Assembly (NCBI GenBank): GCA_035084275.1
Contig: CM068745.1
Coordinates: 59,954,001-60,018,000, forward strand
Direction of reading: 5' to 3'
DNA: 64,000 bases
Source: Hydrolagus colliei
Lineage: Eukaryota
This document shows positions 1 through 13,288 of this stretch, piece after piece. The notes below the pieces were generated by a model that made no database searches, was not told where the DNA came from, and was given only the letters and a program-made list of their open reading frames with translations. How positions within the stretch are numbered: position 1 is the first letter of the stretch; each line of letters opens with the position of its first letter. The position numbers were made by a program, and so were the translations under genes.

Positions 1-295
1 CTGCCTTCGCTCCTCTGGGTCTGGCCTCCTCTATGTCCCCCGAATCCTACACTCCACCCTCGGCAGCAATGCCTTCAGCCACTATGCCCCGAGGCTCTGG
101 AACTCCCTTCCTCACTCGCTTCGCCTCGTCCCCTCTCTTCCTAGTTTCAGGTCACAGCGCTTTCTCTTCGACCGCCCTTTTGGTCACCTTTCTGCCCCTG
201 CCCCTGGCTCGGTCCCAGGATCCGCTATTGTAAAGTGCTCTGAGACGCCGTCCAGTGTGGAGGCCGCTATATAAATTGAAGTTGTTGTTATTGTT
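1..295 (+). mobile_element. L2 LINE 3' end (young subfamily), cut by the window edge
   Basis: Closely matches 11915-12203; ends in GCGCTATATAAATTGAA(GTT)n-type L2 tail. Confidence 0.85.
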
Positions 296-483
296 CTTCA
301 AGGCCCGCCTCAAAAACTTCCTGTTCCACGGTTCCATCAGTCACTCTCTAACCCCCAACTTTCCATCCATGCTCCCCAATCCCAACCACAACTCGGGTAT
401 GAAACACTGACTGTCCAGCACATTGAGACATCCTCCCAAAGTGAAGGGCGCTATACAAATGTAACTTTGTTTTTGCTGTTGTT
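296..483 (+). mobile_element. L2 LINE 3' end (second subfamily)
   Basis: Same 3' UTR and tail (GACATCCTCCC...GCGCTATACAAATGTAA...GTT) as 41810-41975 and 63233-63422. Confidence 0.75.
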
Positions 484-1777
484 ATCCACTCCACTCACAA
501 ATGAGTGGAAATAACCTCAACCTATTTACCTTATCAAAATACCTCATAAGTGTGACCTCTAAGAGGTCTTCTCTCAACATTCTGTGAAATTATACTTCCT
601 TATAATATAGCTTAACTTATAAACAGATGCAATTATACAGATGCCCAGAAGTTATGAAATGCAGATCGCTCCTAAACTTGAAGTTGCTAGGGAGGGTGAC
701 AGAAAGTTCATTCTTAAAGAACATGCAAATGCAGGTGGCATTTTGAAAGTTCAGAATATCTAATGCAACTATTTTACATCAACACCTGGGGCACTAGGTC
801 CTTCAGCATGAGATGCTAAAGGCAACACCAGAATTATACTTGAAAACAATCAGTTCATTTTATCAACACCATGAATAAAAAGTTGTATATGTTCTGCTTA
901 GGTGGCTTTAGAGACACAAGCTAAGACAGATAGCACATTTTAATTTTTTTGCAGACAGAACTGTTTCCTTGCATTTGTCATGATACTGGCTGCCAACAAC
1001 ACTCTAAACTGTTACACAAGCAGGTAAATGTAATTTAGAAATCAGGTATAAAGCAGACTCATCTTCTTTTAATGCATTAGACATGGTGAATCTTCATTTG
1101 AGAGTGACATGTCCTTTAACGTGCCACACAATTGAATGGAATAATAGTGTTGTTACAGTGAAATTACGTCTGTGCTTATAATGAAAATCTGTATGGTGCA
1201 ATCTTGCATTGTTTAACCCATAAGGAGAAGTGAACATGCCTCTTGGGTCAAGAGCGAATCCATGTCTCCACACTGCAAGAGTCTTGTAATTAAGCTTTGT
1301 AAAAGTGTTCCTTTGAGTTGAGAAATCAGTCTCAGCAACACAATTTATGTCTTTTGTGAAGAATACAACAGTTTGAAGATCAGATTAATGACCTGACAAA
1401 ACAGAGAATGTAACATATTGTGTTGCCTCCACTGCTGCCTTAACCAACATCAGATTATGATCTTTCAATCACAGTTTTAATCAATGGCAAGAAAGCAGTA
1501 ATTCAAAGTTAAACCAATCCACTACTGAAATCCAAATAGAATGTGATTAAGCTTCACTGCATGGCTGTTTGTGGGATATTGCTGTTCATGGAATTGGTTC
1601 CCTACAGGGTGCACAGGGGATCCTGTAAAGACAACTTTCAGATGTCCTCCTGATATGAAAGGGGTTAGACCAGATGCAAGGATTATTACTATTTTGTGAT
1701 AAGATTGAGCCGAATTCAAACACCGACATAACCTGGTTAATTTTTGTTTCCTGATATTTGATTTATTTACAGACCTC

Positions 1778-2107
1778 AGTTCGTGTAGCTCAGTAGTTAG
1801 AGCACCCGTCTTACAAGCGAGAGACCTGTGTTCAAATCCAGGCACATCAGGGCAAAACCTTGGGCAAGTATCCTTACTCCACACATCACACAATCCTCCA
1901 GAAAAATCCACAATGATAAAAATTGGTCAAATTGGTCATTTTCAATCCACGACTGTTTGTGGGACACTGCTGTGCTCAATTGGCTGCCGTGTTCCACCCA
2001 CAAAGTTAATTCACTTTACAATAAATTCTGTAAAGCGCTTTGAGACGTCGATAAGATGTGAAAAGCGCTGTATCAAATGCAAGGATTATTATTATATTAT
2101 TATTATT
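1778..2107 (+). mobile_element. tRNA-derived SINE, full length (short subfamily)
   Basis: A-box TAGCTCAGTAG, B-box GTTCAAATC, CCTTGGGCAAGT block, Deu-like CTGTTTGTGGGACACTGCTGTG..AATTGGCTGCC, L2-like tail, (ATT)n end; many copies in window. Confidence 0.9.
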
Positions 2108-3859
2108 CTGCAAGGCCACACTGAAATGTTGTGAGTTGAAGAATGATGTGTTTGCTATGTCACAGGGTATCTCAAACAATGTCATGCCCAACTCTAGGAC
2201 CACTCAACCAATAAGCTTTAGCTTGCAGTGTTAACTGGAGCAGAATGGGAATAATCCTTGCCTCTCCAATTGACTGTTCTGCATCTCCAAGTCCAATGTT
2301 TGTGTTAATATAACCAGTGAAAATTATCACACTGAATGTAATATTTTTACCCAAAAAATAAGCCAGTGTATAAATAACAGAGATAATGGCACCTGTCACC
2401 CCATCCACACGCACACATTTCTTGTGCAGGGCTATTGATATCAAATATTATAGTGCCTCTTGCCCTACTCCAAAATCAGTGAACTCAGCTTTAGACCAAG
2501 GAATTGAATTTCAACATGTCATGCCAATCTGCAGAGGTTCACAGGTTAGTTTCGATCAGGCATATTCTTAACAGGTATCTGAATTTTACATGAGCTGAAT
2601 CTAAAGCCTGAAAGCTCTCCCAAATGCCCATCAACCAGCTGTCATATAGGAGTGTGTAACTAATAGATTCCTTGGGGAAACTGACGTGGTAAACATAATT
2701 TCACTCCACTCCAGTGCATATTCTTGGGTTTACACCTTAATCAAATCAATCTGAAATACACTCCTGTGATGTTAAACATTCCAGTCTAATACCATTTGAA
2801 TGCGTAAGACACAGGCTGGCCAAAACAATGACTTCAAAGTTGGCATAAGACCCTGCAAATAATAAATTACAATTGATTCTGGTACATTCTATGAAGTAAC
2901 AGAACTGATCTCTATTGTGCAATGACCTGCAGCTTCGAATTGTTAAATTGCAACACAGGTATTCTTATCATTCTGATACCTATGTCTGTAACATCCAAGC
3001 ACTGGCATTATGATCCACAGAAATGGTCAGAATTCATTTATTTCATAGTTTTTGTCCACCACTTCTCTTCTCGGCAGATTTGAAGATAGTTTTCACAACA
3101 ATTAATTTCCATTCACATTTCTCATGCCGGTCAAGCAAGAAAATTAGAATTCTTCTCGTTTATGATTCATTTTTGATTCTGACAGGCTACTAATCCAGAG
3201 TGACCTAGACAAGGAATTCACTAATCTGCTGATGGCAGAAAACAAAATGTGACTGGACATAAAGCAAATTACTTCATTAGTGACACAGCACATGGTACCA
3301 TCAGAAATTTAACTGGCATTTCGCAGCACATGGCCATGTAATTTATCATTAAAGACCAGAAACAGAAATGAGAATTTCAGACAGCTCAACAATGCAGTGA
3401 AGGATGCACTTATTAATTGTATATGTTTTGCTGTTAGACCACAGGCAGAAAAATACCACTTTTTCTCAGGGTGCAAAAAATTGTTGTGATTACCTCAGAA
3501 ATATTGTCAATATAGAATACTTCACATAATCTGGAGCAAGTTACAAAGCAGTAAAATGTTGAAGTGTATCATATTGATGGGGTGGGTGGTGGGTGCAATG
3601 TTGAAGTTGTTTTCTTGTTCAAATGAATGTTAAACTGAGCTCTCACCTCCATATTCTGGTGGACATTGCAGATTCAACGGCAACATTTAGAAGGAAGTGA
3701 GTTTCTCCAAGGTCATGTTTTTTGACCTCAGCCATGTCCAAATTGGCTGCTGCGTTTGCCTTAAATTAAACAGGTAAAACACCCTTCAGCAATACCATGT
3801 GAAGCTCAAGAGCTCTTTGTTTCACTGAATTAAATGACTCAGAGACATAGAGGTGTACA

Positions 3860-4368
3860 AGATTCTCAATGAGATGACAATGTAAATACAGATGCCACAG
3901 GATATTAGAACAAGAGGGCATAGTTTTAGAATTGTAAAGGTCAATTTCAAAACAGATACCAGAACGTGTTTCTTTACACAGAGGATAGTCAATGACTGTG
4001 ATAGGTTGCCAGTAAAGATGGTGGAGGTCAGGACACTGACTCATTTAGAAAGAAGCTTGATACTGTGAGGAGTGGGGCGGTCGAGAGGGATGAGATCAGA
4101 TGAGTTGAAGAGTCTTCTTCATCCAGACTAATTTTATGATCATTTGACATGCAATGTTGCAGCACACAACCAGCTTTACTTTTTTGTAATAGAAATAAAG
4201 AGGTAGATCCATTATGGATTTGAAAAGGGATGTAGAAAGATATTTGGAACACAGAGGTTTGGATGCATATGAGGATTGACTAAACAGCTTGCTCTGACAG
4301 CCAGAGCAATCTCAATCGACTGAATGGCCTCCTTTTGCACTGTGCATTTCCCACTGTTTTATGATTCT
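3860..4368 (+). mobile_element. Two degenerate CR1 LINE 3' fragments
   Basis: AGAACAAGAGGGCATAG (TRGH-like) and TTCTTTACACAGAGG (FFTQR) motifs; GACTGAATGGCCTCCTT...TATGATTCTA CR1-type 3' end. Confidence 0.6.
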
Positions 4369-4459
4369 AAGTGAACAATATCTTTAATTTTAGCAGTTTA
4401 ATAGATGCTCGATTTTTGCTAGCACAAGTAGTGCTGTCATGGCAAACAATAGTGCAAAG

Positions 4460-5224
4460 TAGGGTCCAGTGATATATCGATATATCGCTAAAACCCGATA
4501 TAATTTTCATATCGATACGCCGATATAGGCATTTCAAAAATATCGATATATCGAAAAGTCGATATATCGAGGGGAAAAAATCGGAATGCGCGCACACTGA
4601 ACTACAAGACCCAGAATGCTCATCTCTATACACAATGCACAGACCGAGGTGCAAAGCCGCCATATTGTATTCATATCCTAGAATACAATAAACAGGTATG
4701 CAAGGGGTGAGGGGAGAGAGACGGCTGGGGGGGGGGAGGGGCAGAGAGACAGCGGGGGGGGGGAGGGGGAGAGAGACGGCTGGGCGGGGAGGGGGAGAGA
4801 GATGGCTGGGGGGGGGGAGAGAGAGAGACGGCGGGGGGTGGGGAGCGGGAGAGAGACGGCTGGGTGGGGTGGGGGGGGAGAGGGACAGTGGGGGGGGCAG
4901 ATGGGAGAGAGGGACGGCAGCAGGGGGGGGATGGGGGGGAGAGACGGGGTGGATGTGATAATATACAGATAGATAGAGATGTGGGGGATGTGAGGGAGGA
5001 AAGAGACACAGAGACACAGGCAGAAAAACACAGAGATGGAGAGAGTGAGTGTGAGAGACACAGAGCGAGAAAGATATTTACCTCCTGAGGAGATAGGCCC
5101 CGAATGCGCGCACGCCACGCGCATGCGCAGTATGAAAAACCCCAAAATATCAATATTTCGGTATGTCTCGATATGAGCCCATCGATATATCTAAATCGGA
5201 AAATTTTCATATCGATGGACCCTA
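4460..5224. mobile_element. Non-autonomous hAT DNA transposon (MITE), copy 1, with internal VNTR
   Basis: Termini TAGGGTCC...GGACCCTA; perfect 8-bp TSD GTGCAAAG (4452-4459 and 5225-5232); subterminal ATATCGAT repeats; 4 copies in window. Confidence 0.92.
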
Positions 5225-5294
5225 GTGCAAAGTAAGTCCCAAGGGTTCAAACCTAGAATCCCCAAATAAAAAAATCTATATTTTATTTTGGTCA

Positions 5295-5685
5295 ATACAA
5301 ATGTAATTTTATTGTTATGTTGTTTCATGTCAGGATCACTTTTCAAAGCACTTCAAAGGATATACTGTGACATGCAGAGACTGTAAGTGTAGGTGAACGC
5401 AGCAGGAAATTTGCACAGAGCCATCACATGAAGTGATGTTTTTTATTTCAGACAATGTTGACCAGGACTCCATATTTATAGTCATGATACTTTACATTGC
5501 ATGTGCAATTCAACAGTGAAGCAGAAATTCAGTTTAACATCTCATCTGGCACCTCTAAACATGGAGCACCCCGCGAACACTGTACACGAGTGTTAGTCTA
5601 GATTGTGACTCAAAAGTACTGACTAGGCCTTGAACTGATAACCTTCAGATACAGACTTGAGAGCACAGTACTACCAACTGAACTA
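5295..5685 (-). mobile_element. Old Deu-domain tRNA-SINE
   Basis: Reverse L2-like tail, GTTTAACATCTCATC Deu core, degenerate tRNA head (CTTGAAC...CCAACTGAACTA). Confidence 0.6.
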
Positions 5686-7669
5686 TGCTGATGCACCATT
5701 TTTTGAGTAAGGCCATTGTTAGACTCATTTCTGCCCCATTATAATATCATTATGTTCATCCTGATCCAGTAGAATTTGCTAATAAACTCATCCATTTCGA
5801 TCCAATGAAATAAGCTTACCAAACATGTGGACAAGATAGAATGTCTAGATTTAAACATAATTGGACAGGTTTAATAAGTACTAAAACAACTGCTGTCGAA
5901 TAACGGAGTTCATACTTGTATTTTAAAGGGATAATTGGCATCTCTGGGGATTTCTCAGTATGGCTCCATTCCACAAATTCAGTTATGGAGCTGTTGTGTT
6001 GGACACTGTGATTTGTTTCCACTATAGCAGGTCAGCTGCGACTTGTGCTGTGAATTATCTTCTCATTTTTTTCTTCAATTTTTTTTAAGGCCAGCTGAGA
6101 AATAATGCATTGTAGAACCAAATACAATTGGCAACACAATTATATAATTGCACTGTCAACGCTATCAGTACTCCCTCCTCCAATATACAATACAACCTCT
6201 GCCAACATAGCATTCAAACATTATCCAAATTACAAATTTATTTTAATGTGCTAAAGGTGAAATAATTATTTAATTTCATAAACAATCTTTCAATTGAATA
6301 TTGCTCAAACTGAAAGCATTAAAAATAAATCAGAACTATATTAAAGACTGTGGGGGAGTATTCAGTACCAATAACGTTGGCATGTTATATTAACTATACT
6401 TAATAAGCAATTTGACTTACGACGCAATTCAATCCAGTTGAAGTGCATGATATTGTGTCCTATCCAAACCATGATTGTTTCATCCTCATTTTCATCATTT
6501 CACAGGATTTGCTGTTGTGTATTTTAAACCATGCACTACCCTGTTAAAAGAAATCTCACACGCTCACGTTCAAATTATTAAATGAGAAATGTACATCATA
6601 TGCTCAATCCTCAGTCTTGCATAATAGCTGGACCCAAAGAAAATATGATAGTTGTTTTTCCCAATTATAGAGATACAACATCTGAGTGCTGCTAAACATG
6701 GATTACCAGTTAACTGATTTGGTGTTCTGTAAAGCAATGTTCAAAAATACATGCTGCAGAATAAAAAAAATCAGGTCTGCTAAGTGTCAAGCTCGATAGT
6801 GACAATTGCTTTTTTACCCTAGTTGCGTCAAAGGTCAAGTTATTGCCTAAATATGCTTCTAGGAATGGATTAAATGACGCAATATTTTAATGATAGATTT
6901 AAGCCAATTCTGAAAACACGGCCATCTAACCCTGGATACCCAGTGACCACAGCTGATGGTTAGTTTATGGTTGTATAGCTAACAAAAAATAGTTTACTCT
7001 ACGATTAAACACATCTTCACAGATTAACATCTCTCATAATGAGTTACACAGAGAACATACACAGGAATTTGGAAAGAGTATAACAGGAAAGTTCTAAGCT
7101 ATGTACAGTATATATCCTTCATCATTTTACAATTTACAAATCTAAACCTACAGTACAAGGATAGTTTTCTGGGAAGAGCTGCATTTCCATTGATTGGGCA
7201 GCCAATTGATTATTGCATAAAACGAGCAATGTACAACAGTAAGTCATCACATCCTTGATCCAACAAGCTGCATGCATGCCAATTCTGCACAGAGTGCAAA
7301 GGGGATCTTCCACTTTATCCCCTACAAAAAGAATTGTCACAATTGCTGTGAGAAGTGAAACAAATTAGTGGATTCATGGAGGATTCTACAATTAGTTAAT
7401 CTTATTAAATAGCATATGAGCTGAAAAGATAAATCACTTTATGATACCAGGCTCCTAAATTGTATCAAAATTGTATCCAAGGAGTGACACATTAGTTTTC
7501 CATTAATCTGAGCAATAGAAATTCCACAATAATGACTTTCCATATCCTGCTTATTGTCATTGACCTTTCCTACCACTGTAGCTTCCTTGGAATTATTTGA
7601 TTTCTCTTTCCTTTGTTTGAAAATACCTCTTCCACAACTGAAATATTGCACCTGGTACCTTTATTTCTC

Positions 7670-7872
7670 TTCATAGATTCATACAATTATACAGCACAGA
7701 AGGAGACCATTTGGCCCATAGTGTTCGTGCCAGCTCTTTGAAAAGAGCGATCCAAATCAATCCCACTCCCCCGTGCTCTCCCCATAGCCTCACAAACTTG
7801 TTCTCTCCAAATAATTATCTATTCCTCTCTTAAAAGTTGTTATTCAATCGGCTTCCATAACCTTTCAGGCCA
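7670..7872 (-). mobile_element. CR1 LINE 3' end
   Basis: CATAGATTCATA tail followed by CAGCACAGAAGGAGACCATTTGGCCCAT; homologous to 47467-47720 and 57185-57450. Confidence 0.8.
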
Positions 7873-8691
7873 GAAATAATTATTCTAAACTTTCCAATTC
7901 TTCTTCACACATAATGAAATCTACTAGCTCTGACTTCCTCTAGACTGAAATTTTCATTCTTGGCAACTATATGGTCACTCTCAACAAAGTTCCACTGCTT
8001 TTTCATTAACCAGGTGAGCACCGATGGTAAATCCTTAGCTCTTTTGGATGACCTTTAATATGCTGTTGATCAGTCAACCCATATCACTTGTCTACCCAAT
8101 AATGCAATGAATTTCCTGGGACTTTTGCTCACTGATGCACCATCGTGTTTATAAATAGTGAAGGCAATATTGAATAGTGTTTGATGAGCATGAATTTGAA
8201 GAAAAAACATGTGTTGTTCATTTCCAAAGTGTGGGCCAAGGAGTGATAGGATAACTATCTCTTTGATAACTATGAGCTGTACAGAAATTCCTGTTCCCAG
8301 AGGTTCTTTGATTTGGGTACATTTCAACACACTCCTGGAAAAAGCACTTGGATTATGTTAACAAAGCTACTCAAACACAAGCACAGGTTCATGACTTTCA
8401 TTTGGACCTCAGTCAATCTTAAAACACAGTAACAAAATGTAAACTAAAACTCAACTTTACTAAGGAAACTGAAGAAAATTCCAGGTGAAAGAAGTTCTAA
8501 TAGGAACTTTCAGATGCAAAAAAACAAAGTGAAACATGTCAGTTTGGTCCAAAAGCATTAATTTAACAAAAATATCACAAACGCAAACACCAGAGACTAA
8601 CGCCCTTTTTCGTTTCCAAGTTTCATAACAAGCTTGAGCTTGTGTAAGCCATTTATTAATGGATATTTCCCTTGTTTCCCCAGCTCACTCT

Positions 8692-9008
8692 ATAATAATC
8701 CTTGCATTTTGATATAACGCTTTTCACATTTTATCGACGTCTCAAAGCACTTCACAGAATATACTGTAAAGTGAATTGACTGTATATTTGTGGGCGAAAT
8801 GCAGCAACCAGTTGTGCATAGCAGTGTCCCACAATCAGTCGTGGATTGAAATGACCAATTATTATTATTGTGCTTTTTTTGGAGGGATTATTATTAAGCG
8901 TACTGAGTAAGGAAACTTGCCCAAGGTTTCGCCCTGATCTGGCTGGATTCGAACACAGGTCTCATCCTTGTAAGGCGAGTGCTCTAACCATTGAGCTATA
9001 GGAGCTCC
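8692..9008 (-). mobile_element. tRNA-derived SINE, full length
   Basis: Reverse complement of the 1778-2107 family; intact B-box (GGATTCGAAC on + strand). Confidence 0.9.
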
Positions 9009-9555
9009 TCATTCTCAATTTAGCATTTGCATAGGAATTATTACAGTCCTATCTCTCTTTATTAGTTTAACTGCAGAGGAGTACTTTCTTGTTTGGGAAG
9101 TAACATCAAAATGCAATTCTGATAGTGGAAGGAAATAATATTGCTGTGTCTGTGGTCAATATCAGTCTCAAGGCAGCTGCTCTGAGAGAGAAGCAGCCAG
9201 AAGAAGTTAGCCTTTGACAAATATTATGCTGATTGTGACACAAGATGCTTAATTCAGTCGCTTCCAGTCTGGGATCAAAAGGTAAGGAGGCCTCAGAGCT
9301 TTATTGTTTGTTGTTTCCCTCAAACTGACAGACACAAAAGGCACAGGTCATCTGAAGCTTGACACCTCTGGAATTGACCATTAACTGCTAGGAATGGAAA
9401 CAAAATTATAGCAGTGAATACATAACACTTAGGAAATGCTATCATGAATAAAACAAGCATTTTGAAACACAGAAAGGGGGAGAACCATCTTCAAATTCAT
9501 TATATGAATTCATTATATTCAGCCTAATGTGAAAATAAACAGGAATATATGATTC

Positions 9556-9870
9556 AATAATATTCCTAGCATTTGATATAGTGCTTTTTATGTCTTCTAG
9601 ACATCTCAAAGTGTTTCATAGAATATATCCTAAAGTAAATTTACTGTATATTTGTGAGCAAAATGAGGCAGCCAATTGCACACAGCAGTGTTCCACAAAC
9701 CGTGGTGGATTGACATTACCAATTTTAATATTGTGGAGTTTTTTTTCTTGAGGAATTATTATCAGGCATGTGGAGTAAATAAATTTGCCCACATTTTCGC
9801 CCTGCTGGGAATCAAACCCAGGTCTCTCGCTTGCAATGCAAGTGCTCTAAACACTGAGCTACAGGACTCT
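9556..9870 (-). mobile_element. tRNA-derived SINE, full length
   Basis: Same family, reverse orientation. Confidence 0.85.
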
Positions 9871-9881
9871 GAACTACAGCT

Positions 9882-10041
9882 ACTCCTTCGGTACAGAAAT
9901 ACAGAACTACAGATTTTTTTTTAATAGCTCTGATCTCATTAAATGATGGGGATCAAAGGTAAAGATTAACAATTAGAAGCTGATTAGCTCTCACCTGTAT
10001 TTCTCATCATCAGTGCTGTTCAGTCGCTTAAGACAAACTAA
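9882..10041. repeat. About 160-bp segment duplicated at 19582-19736
   Basis: Direct alignment, about 85-90% identical by eye, same orientation. Confidence 0.85.
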
Positions 10042-10422
10042 GCTGCCAATTATTTCATTTGCTGGCAGAAGTCTTTACAATGGTATTAATGTATTAGCTT
10101 GAGGACACAGTGCATCAGTCTAATTTGCTTAGGTTAAAACTAAATCTATTAGTGTAAAATGAAAATAATGATGGGCACTGAAGACAAAGTGTCTGATTTT
10201 TACCAAGTTTTAAATCAATCCTGTATTCTCTGTCTACTGTTTCACCATGACCAACTTAAGCATTCTTTCATCAGCGTAGGATGCTATGGACATACTTTGC
10301 TGATAAGGTTAGCCTGGCGTTAGAGCTCAAAAAGTGCCTAAACAGGAACAAACACCGTGCAATCTCAGATTGGAGCTGAAGTTTTGTGAGTGGACATAAT
10401 AATATGAGGTTTCCTGCTCTGT

Positions 10423-10739
10423 GGAGATCTGTAGCTCAGTGGTTATAGAGCACTTGCCTTGCAAGCACGAGAGCTGGGTTCAATTCCAAGCAGTGTAAAA
10501 GCTTGGACAAGTTTTCTTACTCCACACGCCTAATAATAATCCCTTAAAAAATAATTAATTGGTCATTCCAATCTACGACTGTTTGTGGGACACTGCTGTG
10601 CGCAATTGGCTGCTACGTTTCACCCACAAATCCAGTCAATTCACTCTATAGCATATTTTGTGAAGCACTTTGAGATATCTAGAGGATGTAAAAAGCACTA
10701 CATCAAATTCAAGGATTATTAGTATTATTATTATTATTA
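10423..10739 (+). mobile_element. tRNA-derived SINE, full length
   Basis: TAGCTCAGTGG A-box, GGTTCAATTCC B-box, (ATT)n tail. Confidence 0.9.
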
Positions 10740-11423
10740 GATCCCCGGGTCCTCTTTCTCTTATGCTTTGACAGCCATTTATTTACCTAAAAGATTAGTT
10801 TTATTTTTAATGGGGTTCTACTATGCTCTGTGTATTTACACATGGTGCATAATAAATTGCACTGTATCTCTTTATTTAGTTCAGTTTTTTTAAGAAATGG
10901 TAATTTTATTTACCCCCACCCCCACTTTATCAAAAATACCTTTCTCTTAAATGATCACGACAGTTATATTTGTGACAGATAAAGCTATTTATCAAAGTAC
11001 TTAAATCACCTCATATGACAAACGATAAGAGGAATTTGTCAGTTAGATGATACAACTGAGCTGATATAAGATAATAGAGAGCGACAGCTTGCTATCCTGC
11101 AGTTGCGATCTTAGAGAACAACGATGATAAAAACATTCTACCAAGTGAATCTTGCTTTCCTTTGCGGAAATATCGGACAGTGGCATTTTTAGATCATGAG
11201 GATTGAACCGTTTTATTTAACTGTGGTTTTCATTTCTGTCTTACAACTTCTAATGACTTATGAATGCTGTTTAACTGTTTCAACTCCAACATCTCTGTAC
11301 CATCACTTAGGTGTATAGAAAGATATCAACCCTCCATAGTAGTGCACTCTTTTCTCAATTAAATACTTTTCTCTGAAGATCAAGACACACCAATGAGAGA
11401 AATGTGTGAGTTTGTTTGCATAT

Positions 11424-12203
11424 CAATGTCTCCATTCACATGGCTCTCACCTCCTCCATCTTCCCGGTCTCCCACTGAAACTCTCCGAACCTGTGCGTAA
11501 CCTTTGCGTCAGGTTCGAGCCCCAATTGTCCTTCCTCCCCCACATTCAGTACCTCACCAGCATCACCTTCTTCCACCTCCGACGGATCGCCCGTCTCCGG
11601 CAATACCTCAACCCAAAAGCCGCTGAAACCCTGGTCTACACCTTTGTCACCTCACAGCTGGACTATTCAAGTGCCCTCCTCGCCGGTCTCCGCTCCACTA
11701 CAATCCATAAAATCCAACTCATCAAAAACTCTGCTGCCCGCATATTCACCCGAACCAAATTTTGCTCCCCCATTACCCCAGTCCTTGCCAGACTTCACCG
11801 GCTCCCTATCCCAGAGAGGATCGACTTCAAGATCCTTACCCTTGTTTTCAAATCCCTCCACTCCTCTGCACCCCCCTATCTCTCTGACCTCCTCTCTCCT
11901 CAAACCAGCTCCCGTTGCCTTCGCTCCATCGGGTCTGGCCTTCTCCATGTCCCCTGAATCCTCCGCTCCATCCTCGGCGGCCGGGCTTTCAGCCACTATG
12001 CCCCGAGGCTCTGGAATTCCCTTCCTCACTACCTTCGTCTTGCCCCCTCTTTTCTCAGTTTCAGGTCCCAGTTGAAGACCTTTCTCTTCAACCGCGCGTT
12101 TGGTCACCTTTCTGCCCCTGGCTCAGTCCCGGGATCCGCTATTGTGAAGCGCTCAGAGACGCCGTCCAGCGTGGAGGGCGCTATATAAATTGAAGTTGTT
12201 GTT
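11424..12203 (+). mobile_element. 5'-truncated L2 LINE (ORF2 C-terminal relic plus 3' UTR)
   Basis: ORF 11406-11957 has L2 motifs FFHLRRIARLR, FVTSQLDY, LHRLPIPERIDFKI; (GTT)n tail; probable TSD (TT)GCATAT at 11416-11423 and 12202-12209. Confidence 0.92.
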
Positions 12204-12547
12204 GCATATGCGTTTCAGACCTAAAATCATATAACATTTAGCAGTAAAAATTTCTTGCACTATGAATATGGCCTGAAATGCAGTGTTTCCTAATGGGTTT
12301 ACAAGTCATCATGATCAAGACAGTAGAGGCAAGTGAAGAAATGTGAATGGCTACCAGATGCTTACAGAGATATCTTATGCCTGTACTGTTTCTTTTACAT
12401 AAAGTTGTAGCAGCATTTGTCACTTTGAAGATTTAGCAGAGGAAGCATTTGGGGAAAATAATACCCTTTTCTATTCTACATCATGCTATGCTCAATTAGA
12501 TTAGCTACTGTGAACTGTGTGTGGCCTGAAGATCACTAAAACCACAT

Positions 12548-13288
12548 TGTGTCTTAATGAAATCTGCACTGGTAAGCAGGGATTCTTCTATTAATCTTGC
12601 AAGCCAAAGCGCTCATGGTTGGTCCTAGTTGGACAAGCAGTGGGAAGCTTGTCAGACAGGGCCATGGCAAGTTTTTTGATTATACTATAGATGGTTAAAC
12701 TCTAGCATTACCCTGTTGCAAACATTGGAGACTCTAAGCTTTGCCAAGTTGCATCTAACACTCTCCAAAATTAGGTAAGCAGGGTGCATCCCTCCAGGGA
12801 GAGAGTTTAGGATCCTTTCCTGAAACATGAAAATTGCTATGATTGGGTAGCATATACATATGGAAGTCTGATTTGCACAATCTTAACAATAATAATCATC
12901 TTTGCAGTTAATGTAGTGCTTTTCACATCTTCTAGACATCTCAAGCAATTCAAAGAACAAACTGTAAAGTATATTGACTGTATTTTGTGGAATCATCTTA
13001 AGCATGATGATTCATTTCTGAATGTGTCAGATAGTTGGCTGACTAGAAATAATAAATAGAAAAATAAAACAATTTCCTGAATTGATCTTCTTCATTATCC
13101 AGAGTAATTAAGTAGATCACACCATATTCTGCAAGTTAGCTTTCAGTCTTCTCAAAACTTTCTCTCACTAGAGAATTAAGCTTCAAGATAATTATTCTCA
13201 CCTGTGTCTTTTCACGAAATCTGTATTGGAGAGCAGGGATTCTTCCTTTAACCCTGCAAGCCAAAGCCTTCATAGGTAGGATGGTCCT
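12548..13288. repeat. Two diverged copies (12548-12626, 13203-13288) of an 80-bp hairpin-forming unit
   Basis: Shared blocks TGTGTCTT, GAAATCTG, AGCAGGGATTCTTC, TGCAAGCCAAAGC, TGGTCCT. Confidence 0.75.
12888..12990 (-). mobile_element. SINE 3' tail fragment
   Basis: Reverse of the (ATT)n/L2-like SINE tail. Confidence 0.7.

Noticed and set aside
955-1023. Plus-strand 69-nt AG/GT-bounded open segment
   Set aside because: No partner exons or recognisable peptide; pseudo-exons are expected at this frequency.
12526-12566. CTGAAGA...GAAA as another hammerhead
   Set aside because: No helix II closing at GAAA and no helix I partner.
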